Below the pieces are notes generated by a model. It was not told the origin of the DNA. It saw only the letters and a list, made by a program, of their open reading frames with translations, and did not search any database. From Camelus ferus (Eukaryota), in the NCBI RefSeq assembly GCF_009834535.1, contig NC_045696.1, positions 41,728,001-41,792,000 on the forward strand: a stretch of DNA of 64,000 bases. Direction: 5' to 3'. Of this stretch, positions 41,341-53,659 are shown one piece after another; positions within the stretch are counted from its first letter, which is position 1, and every line of letters starts with the position of its first letter. A program made the position numbers and the translations under genes.

Positions 41341-43544
41341 AAAACATGGCTGAAAGAAATTAAAGAAGACATTCATAAATGGAAACACATATTCCTGGAT
41401 TAGAAGAATTAATATCGTTAAGATGTCAATACTACCTAAAGCAATCTATAGATTCAATGCAATCTTATCAAAATTACAGTAATATTCTTACAGAAATATA
41501 GAAACTTATCCTAAAATATAGTACACAACCTTAAAGGACCCCAAGTTCCAAGACAATCTTGAACAAATTTGGAGGTCTCACACTCACTGATTTCAAAACT
41601 TACTACAAAACTGTAATACAAAACAGCATGGTACTTCCATAAAGACAAATAAATAGATCAATGGAATAGACCAGCACTCAGAAATAAACCATCGCATATA
41701 TAGTCAAATGATTTTCAAATGGGTGCCAAGACCATTCAAGAGGGGAAAGGACAGCCTTTTCAACAAAAAATGCTGGAAAAACTGGATATCCACATGCAAA
41801 AGAATGAAGGTGGACCCTCATCTAACACCATACACAAAAGTTAACTCAAAATGGATCAAAGGCCTAAGTGCATAAGCTGAAACTATAAAACTCTTAGCAT
41901 AGGAGAAAATCTTCATGATACTGGATTTGATAGTAATTTCTTGGACATGACAACAAAAGCACAGGCAACAAATGGAAAAATAGACAAACTGGATGTTATC
42001 AAAATTGAAACTTCTGCACATCAACTGGCAGTATCAACAGAGTAAAAGGCAACCCACAGAATGGGGGAAAATATTTGTAAATCATATTTCTGATAATGTT
42101 AATATTCAGAATATAGAGAGAATTCCTAAAACTCAAAAATAAAAAACCTGATTCATCAATGGACAAAGGATTTGAATAGATAATTCTCCAAAGAAGATAT
42201 ATAAATGGCCAATTAACACATGAAATGATGTTCAATATCACTTATTACAAGGGAAATCCATACCAAAACACAATGATATATTGCTCCATACCCATTAGGA
42301 TGGCTATTATGCAAACACAGAAAATCATAATTTTGCCAAGGATGTGGAAATACCAGGACCCTTGTGCACTGCTAGTGGCAATGTAAAATGGAGAAGATGC
42401 TAAGGAAAAGTGTATGGTGGTTTTTTTAAAAATTAATAATATAATTATCATATGATCAAACAATTCCACTTCTGGGTAGACACTCAAAAGAACTGAAAGG
42501 AGAGACACAGATACTTGTACACTGAAGTTCATAACAGTGTTATTATTCACAGTAGCCAAAAGGTGAAGTAACCCAAGTATCCATAGACATTTATATCAGA
42601 CTACAAACTACAGTAAGGCAAAAAGAATCAAAACTTCAACTAGAAAAGTTATCTCCAGGCTGTTATTCTGGATGCAATACCTCATTTAAAAAATAACAAA
42701 TCAAAACAGTAGTTGACTGACCTATTTTTATACTTGGGGCTGAGGAGGTCTTTCCAAGGATAAACCAAAACACATAGGTCAAACACTGAGATTTTACAAA
42801 ATAAAAATTTTAAATTTCTATACAACAGAAATTACTATAAACAAAGTAAAATTACAAGTAGGAAACCTGAAAAATTTTTTGTAATACATATAACAAAGCA
42901 TTAATAGCATTCATAAGAGTTCTTACAAACCAGTAAGAAACAAATGAAACACTCTAATACATACAAAGACTAAAGAGAAAACTCATAAGAAATACAAAGT
43001 CCATCTTCACTAAAATAAAAAATGAAATAAAACAATTTAATGAAGACAGTTATGTTTATTTTTGTCAACAGGTTATCACAAAAATTTCAATGATAAAACT
43101 TAATTCTGGTTAAATACAGGAGAATGGAACTACAAGGATTTACAAGAATAAATACACAAAGATAAATGTATAATCCATTTACTGTAGCATTGTTATACAG
43201 AAAAAAATGAAAAATACCCTAAATATCTACCCATAAGGAAGTATATATATGTAAAAGAAGATAAAATAGATCTCTACATATTGATGTAAAAAGTTACCAA
43301 ATTAAAAGATAAAAACTGATTTTCCCATTTACTCCGCTAGCATACCTGGGTATTATTTTATTTTACAGATAGGATAAACTGAGGCACAGAGAAAAAAAGT
43401 AAAGCAAATTGCCTGAGCTGCAATTCAAGCCTGAACTTAAATAAGTTAGTACAGGTATGGCATTTATCACAGTATAATATCATAGTCAAGACTTAACAAA
43501 TATTAATTAAAAGTTGTCATAGGAATATTACACAGGTTATAATT

Positions 43545-43546
<2 letters not shown>

Positions 43547-43584
<38 letters not shown>
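43547..43584. repeat. (TG)n microsatellite
   Basis: Directly visible. Confidence 0.95.
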
Positions 43585-43588
<4 letters not shown>

Positions 43589-44487
43589 TAAAATAACATA
43601 ACATATATATATATGTTAAAATAATAAATTGTCACCTAGAAAAAAACAAATACGCTACTCCAAGGGGACAATTTTATTTTAAACTTCCTATTCACTCTTG
43701 CTGTTTTCTGTTACTCCTTTATTTCTGGCATAAAACACAAGACTTTTTCCTACATAATTCCATTCAGGTTGTCACTAGAGTCGGTAATAACAGTTTTGAA
43801 CACTAAAGACAAGCTAAGGCTAAAGTAAGATTCAAGCATTCATATAACCTTTTCTGTATGTATCATCCAGGGCACAAATGCTAGGTTTTCAGAGGAAACC
43901 TCCCCTGGTTTCACAGACGTAGACCCCATTCTTTAATCTACCAATTTTTAGGTGTTACCTGACCTTCTATCTTTGTAAGAAAGTTGGCTACATTCTCTAC
44001 AGTAACAGAACAGTAACAATAATGTCAGATCATCATGTCTCTTTCCGAGATCTAAATAACTTATATTTACTCTTCCTGATTTTAGAACAGGTAGGCTGAG
44101 AGGAGGTTGGTTATAACATGAGTTCCATCCTTGAGCTACCCTGTGTTCCTCCTGTACTTCAGTTCTAGTGCGGCACATCTACCGAAGTGATGGTATGGCC
44201 ATACTTACAACTTATTTAAAGGGCACTCTGAATTCTCCTCAGAATAAAATCATTTTAAGGGAAGAGAGAACTAAAGTTTGGTTTAAGGAATACAGTACTC
44301 CATCTTAAACCACACAGTAATACTAGTATGACTGTGACATTTACCTTGGCAGAATTGGTAATGACAACAGGGTAGCAGGAATCTCAGGAGGAGGACACAG
44401 AAGACTTCAGTACCATCAACTACAGAAACAGCCATTAATGGCACTTTTGATACTAGCAGTGATAAGAGAGACACAAAAATCATGACT

Positions 44488-44675
44488 ACCATTTATTAAC
44501 TTCCTACTAAGTTCCAGGCATTTTACATAGGTTATCTCCTTAAACCTGTACAATAATCCTATAAGGTGTATATTATTATCCCTGTTTTAAAGATAGAATA
44601 AGTAACTTGTTCAAGGTAAATCAGCATGTTAGCAGTACTGCTAAAATCTAAATCCAGATGTCTGGCTCCAAAGTC
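44488..44675. mobile_element. MIR remnant
   Basis: tattattatccctgttttaaagat..gtaacttgttcaaggt..aaatccagatgtctggctccaaag. Confidence 0.6.
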
Positions 44676-45552
44676 TATTCCTATAGTAAATGCAACAGTC
44701 AAAGAAAGTAAGTTACCACCAAGAGATGAATTTTCAGGGTCCGTATCAAATACTATCTGGAAACTTCCTAACTATTTGGAAAGAACTTTAAGAGAGGTAG
44801 AGTTCTCAATGAATAGATTTTAGAAAGAGTCAGAAATTTTACAGCTATTACTATTACTATTACTATTAAACCTTAGCCCCAGGATGTTATAAAGCCTGAA
44901 AAGTACAGATTACAACTTGAGAGTTTCACAGAATCCTCAAAATAGTGCTACTTTTTCATAACAACATGAATGTGCACTGATTTGAATTCCATGGTAACAG
45001 CATATAAGTGGCTTTTTCTGTAGAAAGTGTCTTCAATAATAACATCTTTATTTGTACAGTATTTTATGTTCACAAAGAATTCTCACATGCGAGACTTAAA
45101 AGAGATAATACACAACTTTGTAAGGTAGAAATGTCATTCAAAATTTTTTCTCTTTTTACAAAACTCAGGTAACCAAAACTCAAGGTTAAATGACATAAAC
45201 ATTAACCCAAGTGCACAAAATTCAACATGTACTGAGCTAAGCACTGGATAAAAATGCAAACAAGATTTGATATCTCTCCTTAAGGAGCTCATGGTCTAGT
45301 ACAGGAGGCAGAAAAAAACACCTACAGTACAAAATGATAAAATGCACTTCTACTATCTCTGAGTATACATTAAATTTATTAGTAACTTGGATAATGTCAC
45401 TGAAACTCTCTCTCTTTTTTTTTTAGCAAATTCAGAAAGAGACCTAATAAAGTCACTGATAATTTACTAAGTAGAACCCAAGTGAAACAAAGTATTCTCC
45501 AAAAGAAGAGAAATTCATAAAATTTATAAGTTCATAAGAAATAAACGGTTTA

Positions 45553-45691
45553 GCAGGGTAGGGTATAGCTTAGTGGTAGAGCACATGCTTAGCAGGCACA
45601 AGATCCTGAGTTCAATCCCCAGTACCTTCATTAAAACAAACAAATAAATAAATACATACATAATTATCTCCCCCTACAAAACAAACAAAAA
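45553..45691 (+). mobile_element. tRNA-Ala-like camelid-type SINE
   Basis: A and B boxes, (AAAT)n spacer, imperfect TSD aagaaataa..gttta. Confidence 0.88.
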
Positions 45692-46534
45692 AAGAAATAA
45701 GAGTTTATAAAAATCAAATGTGTTAGTAATTAAGAAATTTGTTATAAATCTTTTTAAAAGTAACTATAAATATTCTTTAACGTAATATTCTTTAATGTAA
45801 TTAGGCTTACAAGAGAAATACAAATCAGAAGTTACCTTTGGATGGTTTTGGGGGGAGGGAAGGGACAATTAAGACTGGGTAAATAATTTCTCATTCAGAT
45901 CAAAGCTATTTATTGTACTGGCTGGGAACAGAAAATAGAAAAGAGAAGTTCATGGTAAATGAAAGTTAAAATATCTAGTATTATCTACTAACTAACATCC
46001 CTTAGCTTTTTACCATAGTTTTTTTTTTTTTCTTATTTACAGCCCCCATATGAGATTCTCCTAGAGCTTAAAACAAAAGCAACTTCTGATTTCCATTTCT
46101 CTTATTGCCAGAGAAAGCCACGATTGTTAATAGAATTCAGCTATCTCAAATCATTTTTGTGAGGAATGCATTCGGACAGACAGCCAGATGGATGGATAAG
46201 ACAAAGGAGGAGGAGGAGGAACGGATAGACGTCAGGGGAATGAATTTCAATTATACCAGATAAATAAACTGAAATAGGTACTGAATTTTCATTGAGAGTT
46301 TGCATCCATTTCCCCAAAACACAAGTAGAGTGATTGGTACTTTCCGAAACTGATTATTAGCCAATGACTGTTGGTTCCAATAGTCATTCCAGCCACCAGT
46401 GGAGAAAAGTTATACTAGCTATCAGAGCACGTTTGCCTCACATTTAGCAATAACATATCTGTGGGGAAGAATGGAGGAGGGCTCGTGAGAGTAAGCATAA
46501 TATTTATTTTGAGTAAAGTTATCACTAAACATAC

Positions 46535-46729
46535 CTTTCCGATAAAAAGGAGCTCTTGTGAGGATCTATATTTTGACAAGATTCTAGGCTGCCATCAGAT
46601 GGTGAAGAAAGCTGCTCTGATTTCAAGTTGTCTGTATCACCCAAACTGGCCTCAGTTACAGATGAGGTCTTTATGTATTTTCTTCCTAACTCCGTTCCCA
46701 GGACATTCGTCAATATAACTCTGGGTATC
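46535..46729 (-). CDS. SENP7: SENP7 exon (~6), 195 nt, PxVxL HP1-binding motif
   Basis: tgtgtgacag|G..AG|gtatgt; [21 protein letters not shown]...FLSE(R); symmetric phase 2. Confidence 0.97.
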
Positions 46730-47366
46730 CTGTCACACAAAATAACAAACACTGTACTGTTCTGAAATTTGCAGGAAGGAAAAAAATGTATTCTAGGAAG
46801 TTAAATTTTTCAAACATTTTCCTTTTAGCCCAAGGAAGCTATTAGAACTATACCACCCTGAAAAATCAACCCATAAATACTCAAAATTTTGGGTAAACAC
46901 TCTTTTTTTGTTCCTGAAAGTAGCTGTATCTTATAAATTGGTATAGACTGATATACCACTATAATGGCTTTAACTGTACTAATGGACACTATTAAGGTGC
47001 TTAAAATTTTACCCAATTTTTCTCAAAAAAATGTTTTTTCTTTTCCAGTAGTTATTAAAAACAGATACTACAAACCAATTCAAAAAATCTTTATTCTTCT
47101 TATTCCCTGGTAAATAATAACATATTTGTAACTGGTAAATACCAAAGCTACATCTGACAAGAAAGATATCATTCAGATTGCATTATGGTAAATGACAGAT
47201 GCCTTAAGTGAAACAGCACATACATTGATGGTAATAATGAACTTTTTTAATAGCATCAGGGAAAGGGTCAACAAAATAAATGCTTAGAAAAGTAAAGTGT
47301 ATTTTTAAAGCTCCAAAATTTTTTAATTTGGTGTGGTTCAATCAAAAGTACTAACGTAAGCCTAGT

Positions 47367-47506
47367 ATTTTTTTTTTTTTAATTTCTCGTTGGGGTGGGG
47401 GGTAATTAGGTTTGGTTATTTATTTATTTATCTTTAGTGGAGGTGCTAAGGATTGAACCCAGGACCTCATGCATGCACTGTGCTACTGAGCTATACCCTC
47501 CCTGCC
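47367..47506 (-). mobile_element. tRNA-Ala-like camelid-type SINE
   Basis: Poly-T, antisense body, TSD agcctagt at 47359-47366 and 47507-47514. Confidence 0.88.
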
Positions 47507-48604
47507 AGCCTAGTGTCTTCTTAAACAGAATGGGTAGTATAATCTTTTCCTGGTTAGCGAGATGTTATTATGAACAACTGATGTACTTTGCCACACTACA
47601 AAGATGCCCTCAAGGCAACTATTCGGCCCTGAATTGACAGGCCCAAGCCAAATTACCTGTGAATTTTTTAGTTCTTTTTATGTACCTTTTAAGTTTTCCT
47701 GCCTCCTCTTTATCAGATGTTCCCCATGACTGTTACCAACATATCACTTGCAGCATTTTACTGACCTTTTCTGAGAGACAATACCACTTAGAAAGGGCCA
47801 GAGTACTTTTAAGTTAAAAAATGTAAACTTTCCTGTACTTTGTTACATCTGCTGTGGTACTTAGAGGTACTCTTTATTTTCACTACATAGAGACACTATG
47901 TTCTTTTCACTATGTTCCAAACAGCGTAGAATTTCAGATCCTGGGAGAACTTTAAAATAATTTAGTCTACTCTTTATTTTAAACATGAGGAATTCAAACC
48001 TCAGAAAAGTTAAATGGCTACCCAAGTATAAGTAATTCTTCCTAGTAGAAGAACCTAGGTTAGTTATCTTTTTGTTTTTTAAATTTTATTCCATTACACT
48101 GCATCCTCAATACTAAATTGCCAAAGGATAGAAGCAATTGAATTCTCTTCTGAATAATAAATGATCATTCTATTCTTTTATGCTTTGTTTTGCTCCTAGA
48201 TTCTGAAGAAAGAAAAAGGAGAGATATCAAAAATGAAGCCTGGAGGATAAATGAGATCTTTTAAGCTAAAAAAAAAAAATCTGAAAGTCTTGCCTAGAAG
48301 AGAAAAATTTCAAACTTCACCCAAAAACCACTGGAAAAGATTATCTACCAAGCTGCAGCAGAACCTACATCTCTAAAGCACAGGAGGCATAGAGGGTCTC
48401 TGAATTTACCAGAAGGTTCGAAGAACTATCTCAGCATGTCTACCATGGGATATCTTTCAATTAGAGGTAAACAAATGCCACAGGGAAAAAACTGAAGACC
48501 AAGTAGAATATGTAAAGGTTAATAAATTAGATATCAGGTAAAATATGTAATAAAGTCCAATTCCTACTGTACTTATGAAAAAAAAATTAAAGTTCAGAAG
48601 AATG

Positions 48605-48860
48605 AAAAGCAGTATGGCACAGGGGTTAAGAGTAAGGAGTCTGGAGTGAGACAAACATAGGGTTAGGTTCTGATTTCAGCACTTAATAATTCTACAACCT
48701 TAGGTAAGTTACTTACTATAATGTATGCCTCCTAGCATCATCTCTAAGACAGGGAGAATTATAAAATCTACCTTACAAAATTATTAAGACTAGATGAAAT
48801 AATTGATGTAAAGCAGTTAGCACCAGTCCTGGCACACAGTAAGTACACAATAAATGGAAG
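48605..48860. mobile_element. MIR remnant
   Basis: ggttaagagtaaggagtctggagt...accttaggtaagttactta...cctggcacacagtaagtacacaataaatg. Confidence 0.7.
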
Positions 48861-51069
48861 TTCACTTTAATTTTCCTATTATTGAAGTCTTGCTCAAATT
48901 TATAAACAATCTTTTCAATAGTGCTTGTCATAATTTATCATGCTCTGCAATCTTAACGAAAATATCTAGAAAAGTACATAGTTAAACAGTTAGCAATGCC
49001 CATAGTACTCCTAGCTCTTCATAACACATGCCATAGCCCAAGCATCTTTCATCAACTATTTGCAGTTTATAGAATTTAGGTACCTTGAGGAAAGAGAGCT
49101 TTGTGTGACAGCTTTATAAAATATAAATCTATAAAGTGATGACTAAATTCGTAATACCTAAACTGTCTTTCGGTGTATAACTTATAAATTAGCACTGCCA
49201 TGAAAATTCTAGGGCTAGCCAGCATTTCAAAAGATTCTGAATTTTCACAAGAAATATATAAAGGTGTATACTACATCTCTCACACATGGAAGGAAGGACT
49301 GAAAATTGTCATTTCACACAGTCCATCCAATTTTTTCCCCAAGTATGCAAACAGTATCAGTAAGTAAAATATAGTTTGTTTAACTTTACTTATTAATATT
49401 GTGAAATCATACTTCAAGATATAATATGCTAAACCAAATGAGAAACAAATTTTGTAATGCATGAGATGAAGCATAAAGTATACTGGCCTGAGAAGTAATG
49501 CCATTAATTGATTATGTCTCTGCACGGTTATTTTCTCTGATTCTTAATTTTCTCAGTTATAAGTTTTGAGTTCCCTTCCTATACAAGGTAGCATGGTAAA
49601 TGTAAGATTCAAATAATTCAATAAATAGGGGAAAAATTTGAAAAACTGGTAAGAGCTATTAAGATAAACTTGATGTCAAGAGCAAATTTTTTTAAAGAAA
49701 TGGAAAACCCTCATTAAAAGATAATAATTTTATCTGGTCTGATAATAAAGCTATAATATAATAAATTTTAAAATTACAATACTAATTTAGTTTTATTTTG
49801 CTGTAATGTAGACAAATACTGTTCTAAAATTGTGCTGTGATATTTTAATAAGGTTCCCATAAATCCATTCTTATCCTAGATGATATAATTCAAAATATTA
49901 CTTTCTAAATCAATTTCTCAAGCTATGTAGAAAAACATTTTTAATTTTTGAATAACTTTCACAGATTTTCTAAATTTGCTTTTTTTTACTAAGCTATATT
50001 TTTGGTGAATAAATTATCACTCAGTTAAAACATTACTGGCTTAGAGAAGTTCTAAGCTACAAGAATACTGTGGTTGTCATACCATCACATCTGGAAAGTC
50101 ATACAACCACAACAGTTGGAATATGTAATGTTTTAAAACTTTAAACATATGTAAATGTAAGAAAAACATGAATAATACTTATACCATTTAGGGAAATTCC
50201 AAGAACCAGGAGCTAACTTTTTTCTTAATGGAATATGGGTACACTGCCTCAATACATCTCTAACAATCTCTGGTGCCAACTGATGAAAGCAGGAGAAAGA
50301 TGGTTAACCTTCTCAAAAGCCTTGTATGTGTCTCCCACTAGGCTCTTTCTTGCCTGCTGACTAAGGTTTATAAAAATCTGGAAATTTTCTCCCAGGAAAA
50401 TAGATGTGAACCACACATGGTGATAAAACCTAGACTAAATATGATTTACTTGTTTAAAAAGAAATGTGTGCATTCCACATACTGCTAGTTTGATATATCT
50501 AAAATTCTTGACCCTTTCCTTCATTATTTAACAAGGTTGATCTGGATCATATATTTTCTGTTTTTCTTCTCAATTTCATCCAGAAGTTAAAAGGCTAAAT
50601 TGTCTTCATATAAAAGGCAAGATGCTTAGATCACTACCTTTAGATTCTAGAATGCAAATAAAATTTCTAAAAAAATGCCATTCCTGGGACTAAATGAGTA
50701 ATGTTTGTTTACTCAATAGCTAAACTGTAAGTTAAAATTAAAAACCAAAACTAAATTTTTCTCCCTTCATCTTTCTGAAATAATAAAGTCCTAGCTAAGT
50801 AAAAATGAAAATAAAACAGTGTCATGTTCGAAGTTAAGCAAAGACTGAAGAAAACCTAAGTCTCCTATTCCAGACAGCGAGTCCCACACAGAAAACATCT
50901 GTCTAAAGCTACGCCCTAAACAGTTCTCCAGTTGTCTTTTTTGAAGTTTGTATTATCTCTTTTCCTGGCTGTCTCCAAAATTACAGAGCAGATAATTGGT
51001 TCTATTGGAGAAAAATACATTTCAATCAAAAAGACTGGAGATATAACTCCGCTGAGAAGCAATTTCTTT

Positions 51070-51900
51070 CTTGTATTCTGCAAACATTTATTGAGCATTT
51101 AGTATGTGCCCAGTACTGTGCTACGTACTAATAATAGTGAAAAAATAATAGTATGAAGTCCCTGCCCTCACGAGGCTTGTTGCCAGGGAGGCAGAGAAAC
51201 TAAAAATCACAATATAGTGTGATGAGTGCTATGATACATGAAGAGGCTGCTTAGCAAGATGAAGAAATGGATCAAATGCAGATGTGGGAGGCGGAATTAA
51301 AGGCAGGCTTCCCAAGAAGACAGAATACGAACTTGATGCTAAAGACCAGTACAAGTCAGTAAAAGGGAAAAGGAGACTCTTTGCAAGATAAGAGAACAAG
51401 CAGCATGAGCTCAGAGGTATAAAATAGCATTATACATTCAGTGAACCATCAATAGTTCCCTAAGTCTGAAGTACAGCATGAATGTGGAGGGGTGGACAGA
51501 CATAAAGTTAGAGGTGAGACCATCAAGGACCCTGTATGCCAAGCTAAGGAGTTTGAACTTTATCCTGAAGTGTATGTGGAGCCACAGAAAGATGTTAAAC
51601 TAGATAGTGACAAGTAATATCTGTCTTTTACAAATAATACTTTGGCAACAATACAGGGAAACAACCAAGAAGAAAAAGACTATGTACAGGAAGCCAAATT
51701 AAACTATGATCATAGTAACAAAGGCACAAAACTGATAGGGCTTGAACTGAGGTAGTGGCAATAAAGATGATGATCATTTCAAGACAGATTTAGGAAGTAA
51801 AAATAACTAGACATGACAAATCATAGTATATGAAGGGTAAGAAAAATGAGGAACAAGGACAATTTCCAACTTCTAATTTTAAGAACTAAGTGTAGAGAAG
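51070..51900. mobile_element. L2 remnant
   Basis: aaacatttattgagca..tgtgcc..gtccctgccctca..gctaaggagtttgaactttatcctg. Confidence 0.65.
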
Positions 51901-53461
51901 TCATATATTCAGACAGGGAGGAGATATGGGAATAGGAACAAGTTAAATTTAAGATACCTGGAGCTGAGGAAAAAGATCTGGACTAACTGGTAGTTCACCC
52001 CCGGAAGTAAACAGAAAACACACACACACAGAGTAAAAACCAAATTAGAATCCTTTAGGGACTCTTTACTTCACATTATATTTAAATTACACGAACACAT
52101 AATTTAGCTGCTAACAATTTCTGGTAAGAAAAACTATTCTTCTGAGAGAATATAACATGACACTATTATAAACATGCTGTTCTAATTGAAAAAGGACAGA
52201 ATGGGATGAGGGGACTGATGCTATTTGGAAGAGTTGAAGCTTCTTTTCAAAAGAGTCCAAAGGGATTGGAAGGTTCATTCCTTTCAGCAGCCCCCTTATT
52301 TAGATTCATCAGCACGGTAAGGAATAGGTTCACCTGTACTAAGGAGGAAAAATGCTGGAATCCAGAACAATGACAGCAAAATGCTTCATAAATTACTGAA
52401 GCTAAACTGTCTGACTCTAAGATTTTGGGTGCTTTAGAAAGTCATATTTACATCAGGATGATCTAGTACAGAAATTCTTGTTACATAGCTTTTCATGGTT
52501 TTGTCTTTTCTAAACGAAGTGTCCTTTTTTAAAATTAATGTATTATACTATGTTCAGATGTTCTGACAGAGTTCTATTTTTATTTTAAATAACAGTGTTG
52601 AAATTTAGTGATTTTTATCTGGATCTTGGCTTAAAGCACTTACAGACTCTCAACCAGATTACAGACTATATAACCAAAGAGCTGTCTCGCTAATGACAGG
52701 TTATTCTAATTGAAAGCGAAGTACCTCTCTCTAAAAAATATTCATTAAAGGGTTAAAATTATAAATGGAAATACACTAAAAATATTATGTTACAGATCAC
52801 AAATTCCCAAAGCTAATTCCTAAGTTTCAGCTCCAAACTTCGTATACAATTCTTTTTAAAAAATACAAAACAAAACAAAACTAGTCTTGTTAGTTTTCAA
52901 AATTAAACTGTATATTTATTATTAAAAATCTGGGGTAGTATTTCAATATCATCTCCTTCTTTTAAAAATGCATGTAAAATACAAGAAAGCTCACAAAGTC
53001 AAAAGTGGTAAGGATGTAGATTAAATGATATTTAAAAGGTATGTTAAAAATGCAGAAAACTAAAAAGATCTATAGATATCCATACCTTTTTTTATTTTCT
53101 GCATCTTTTACATAACTTTCAACTAATATTTATTCTAGGTCCTTACCTATCCATCTATATCTAGTTCTTCATTTTATATCATAAATGAATCTTAAAAATA
53201 CATATACATGAACCAATTATAAAGTTAAATGTACTAAGGATACTTGCTTTTATGGAAATAATTCTATATTAGTCTATTCAATGAAGTGCAGAACTATCAT
53301 TAACTTTTTAAAAAATTAAGATTGTCAGCTTTAAGATTTGAGTGGGTCACACCTGTGTATACAGATTTTCTTATAGATGATTTCCAACAATTTTATTTTT
53401 AAGACTCTGGGACTCATTTCAAATGCGGTAAGTTGAACAAAATCAATACTGAACAACATAC

Positions 53462-53659
53462 CTTTCAGACAAATTAAGGCTTTGGTGAAGAGGTTCTAAT
53501 TTTTGACATGTCTCTAGGCTCTCAACAGATGTCGAAGGCAATGAGTCTGATTGCACCTTGTTGGCATCACATAAATTAGCATCGTTTCTAGGTAGGGTCT
53601 TTCTGAATTTTCGTCCTAAATCCGTCCATAGGACATTCGTCAACATAACTTTGAGTTGC
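53462..53659 (-). CDS. SENP7: SENP7 exon (~5), 198 nt
   Basis: gtgtgtaacag|G..AG|gtatgt; [42 protein letters not shown]...LNLSE(R). Confidence 0.97.

Larger units (their letters stand above)
37290..42585 (+). mobile_element. Old L1 (5'UTR, ORF1, partial ORF2) hosting nested insertions
   Basis: 5'UTR start (aaaatggtggagtagg), ORF1 remnant about 38150-38920 joined by a deletion to mid-ORF2; ORF2 resumes after 41357. Confidence 0.85.

Noticed and set aside
32361..42559. Many 60-104 aa ORFs
   Set aside because: Mostly sense or antisense fragments of degenerate L1, not independent genes
14779..47506. tRNA-Ala-like sequences as real tRNA genes
   Set aside because: All five are diverged and have A-rich tails, some with TSDs; they are SINEs
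47800..47873. Short imperfect hairpin agagtac..taagt / actta..gtactct
   Set aside because: Arms are short and gapped, compatible with chance in AT-rich sequence
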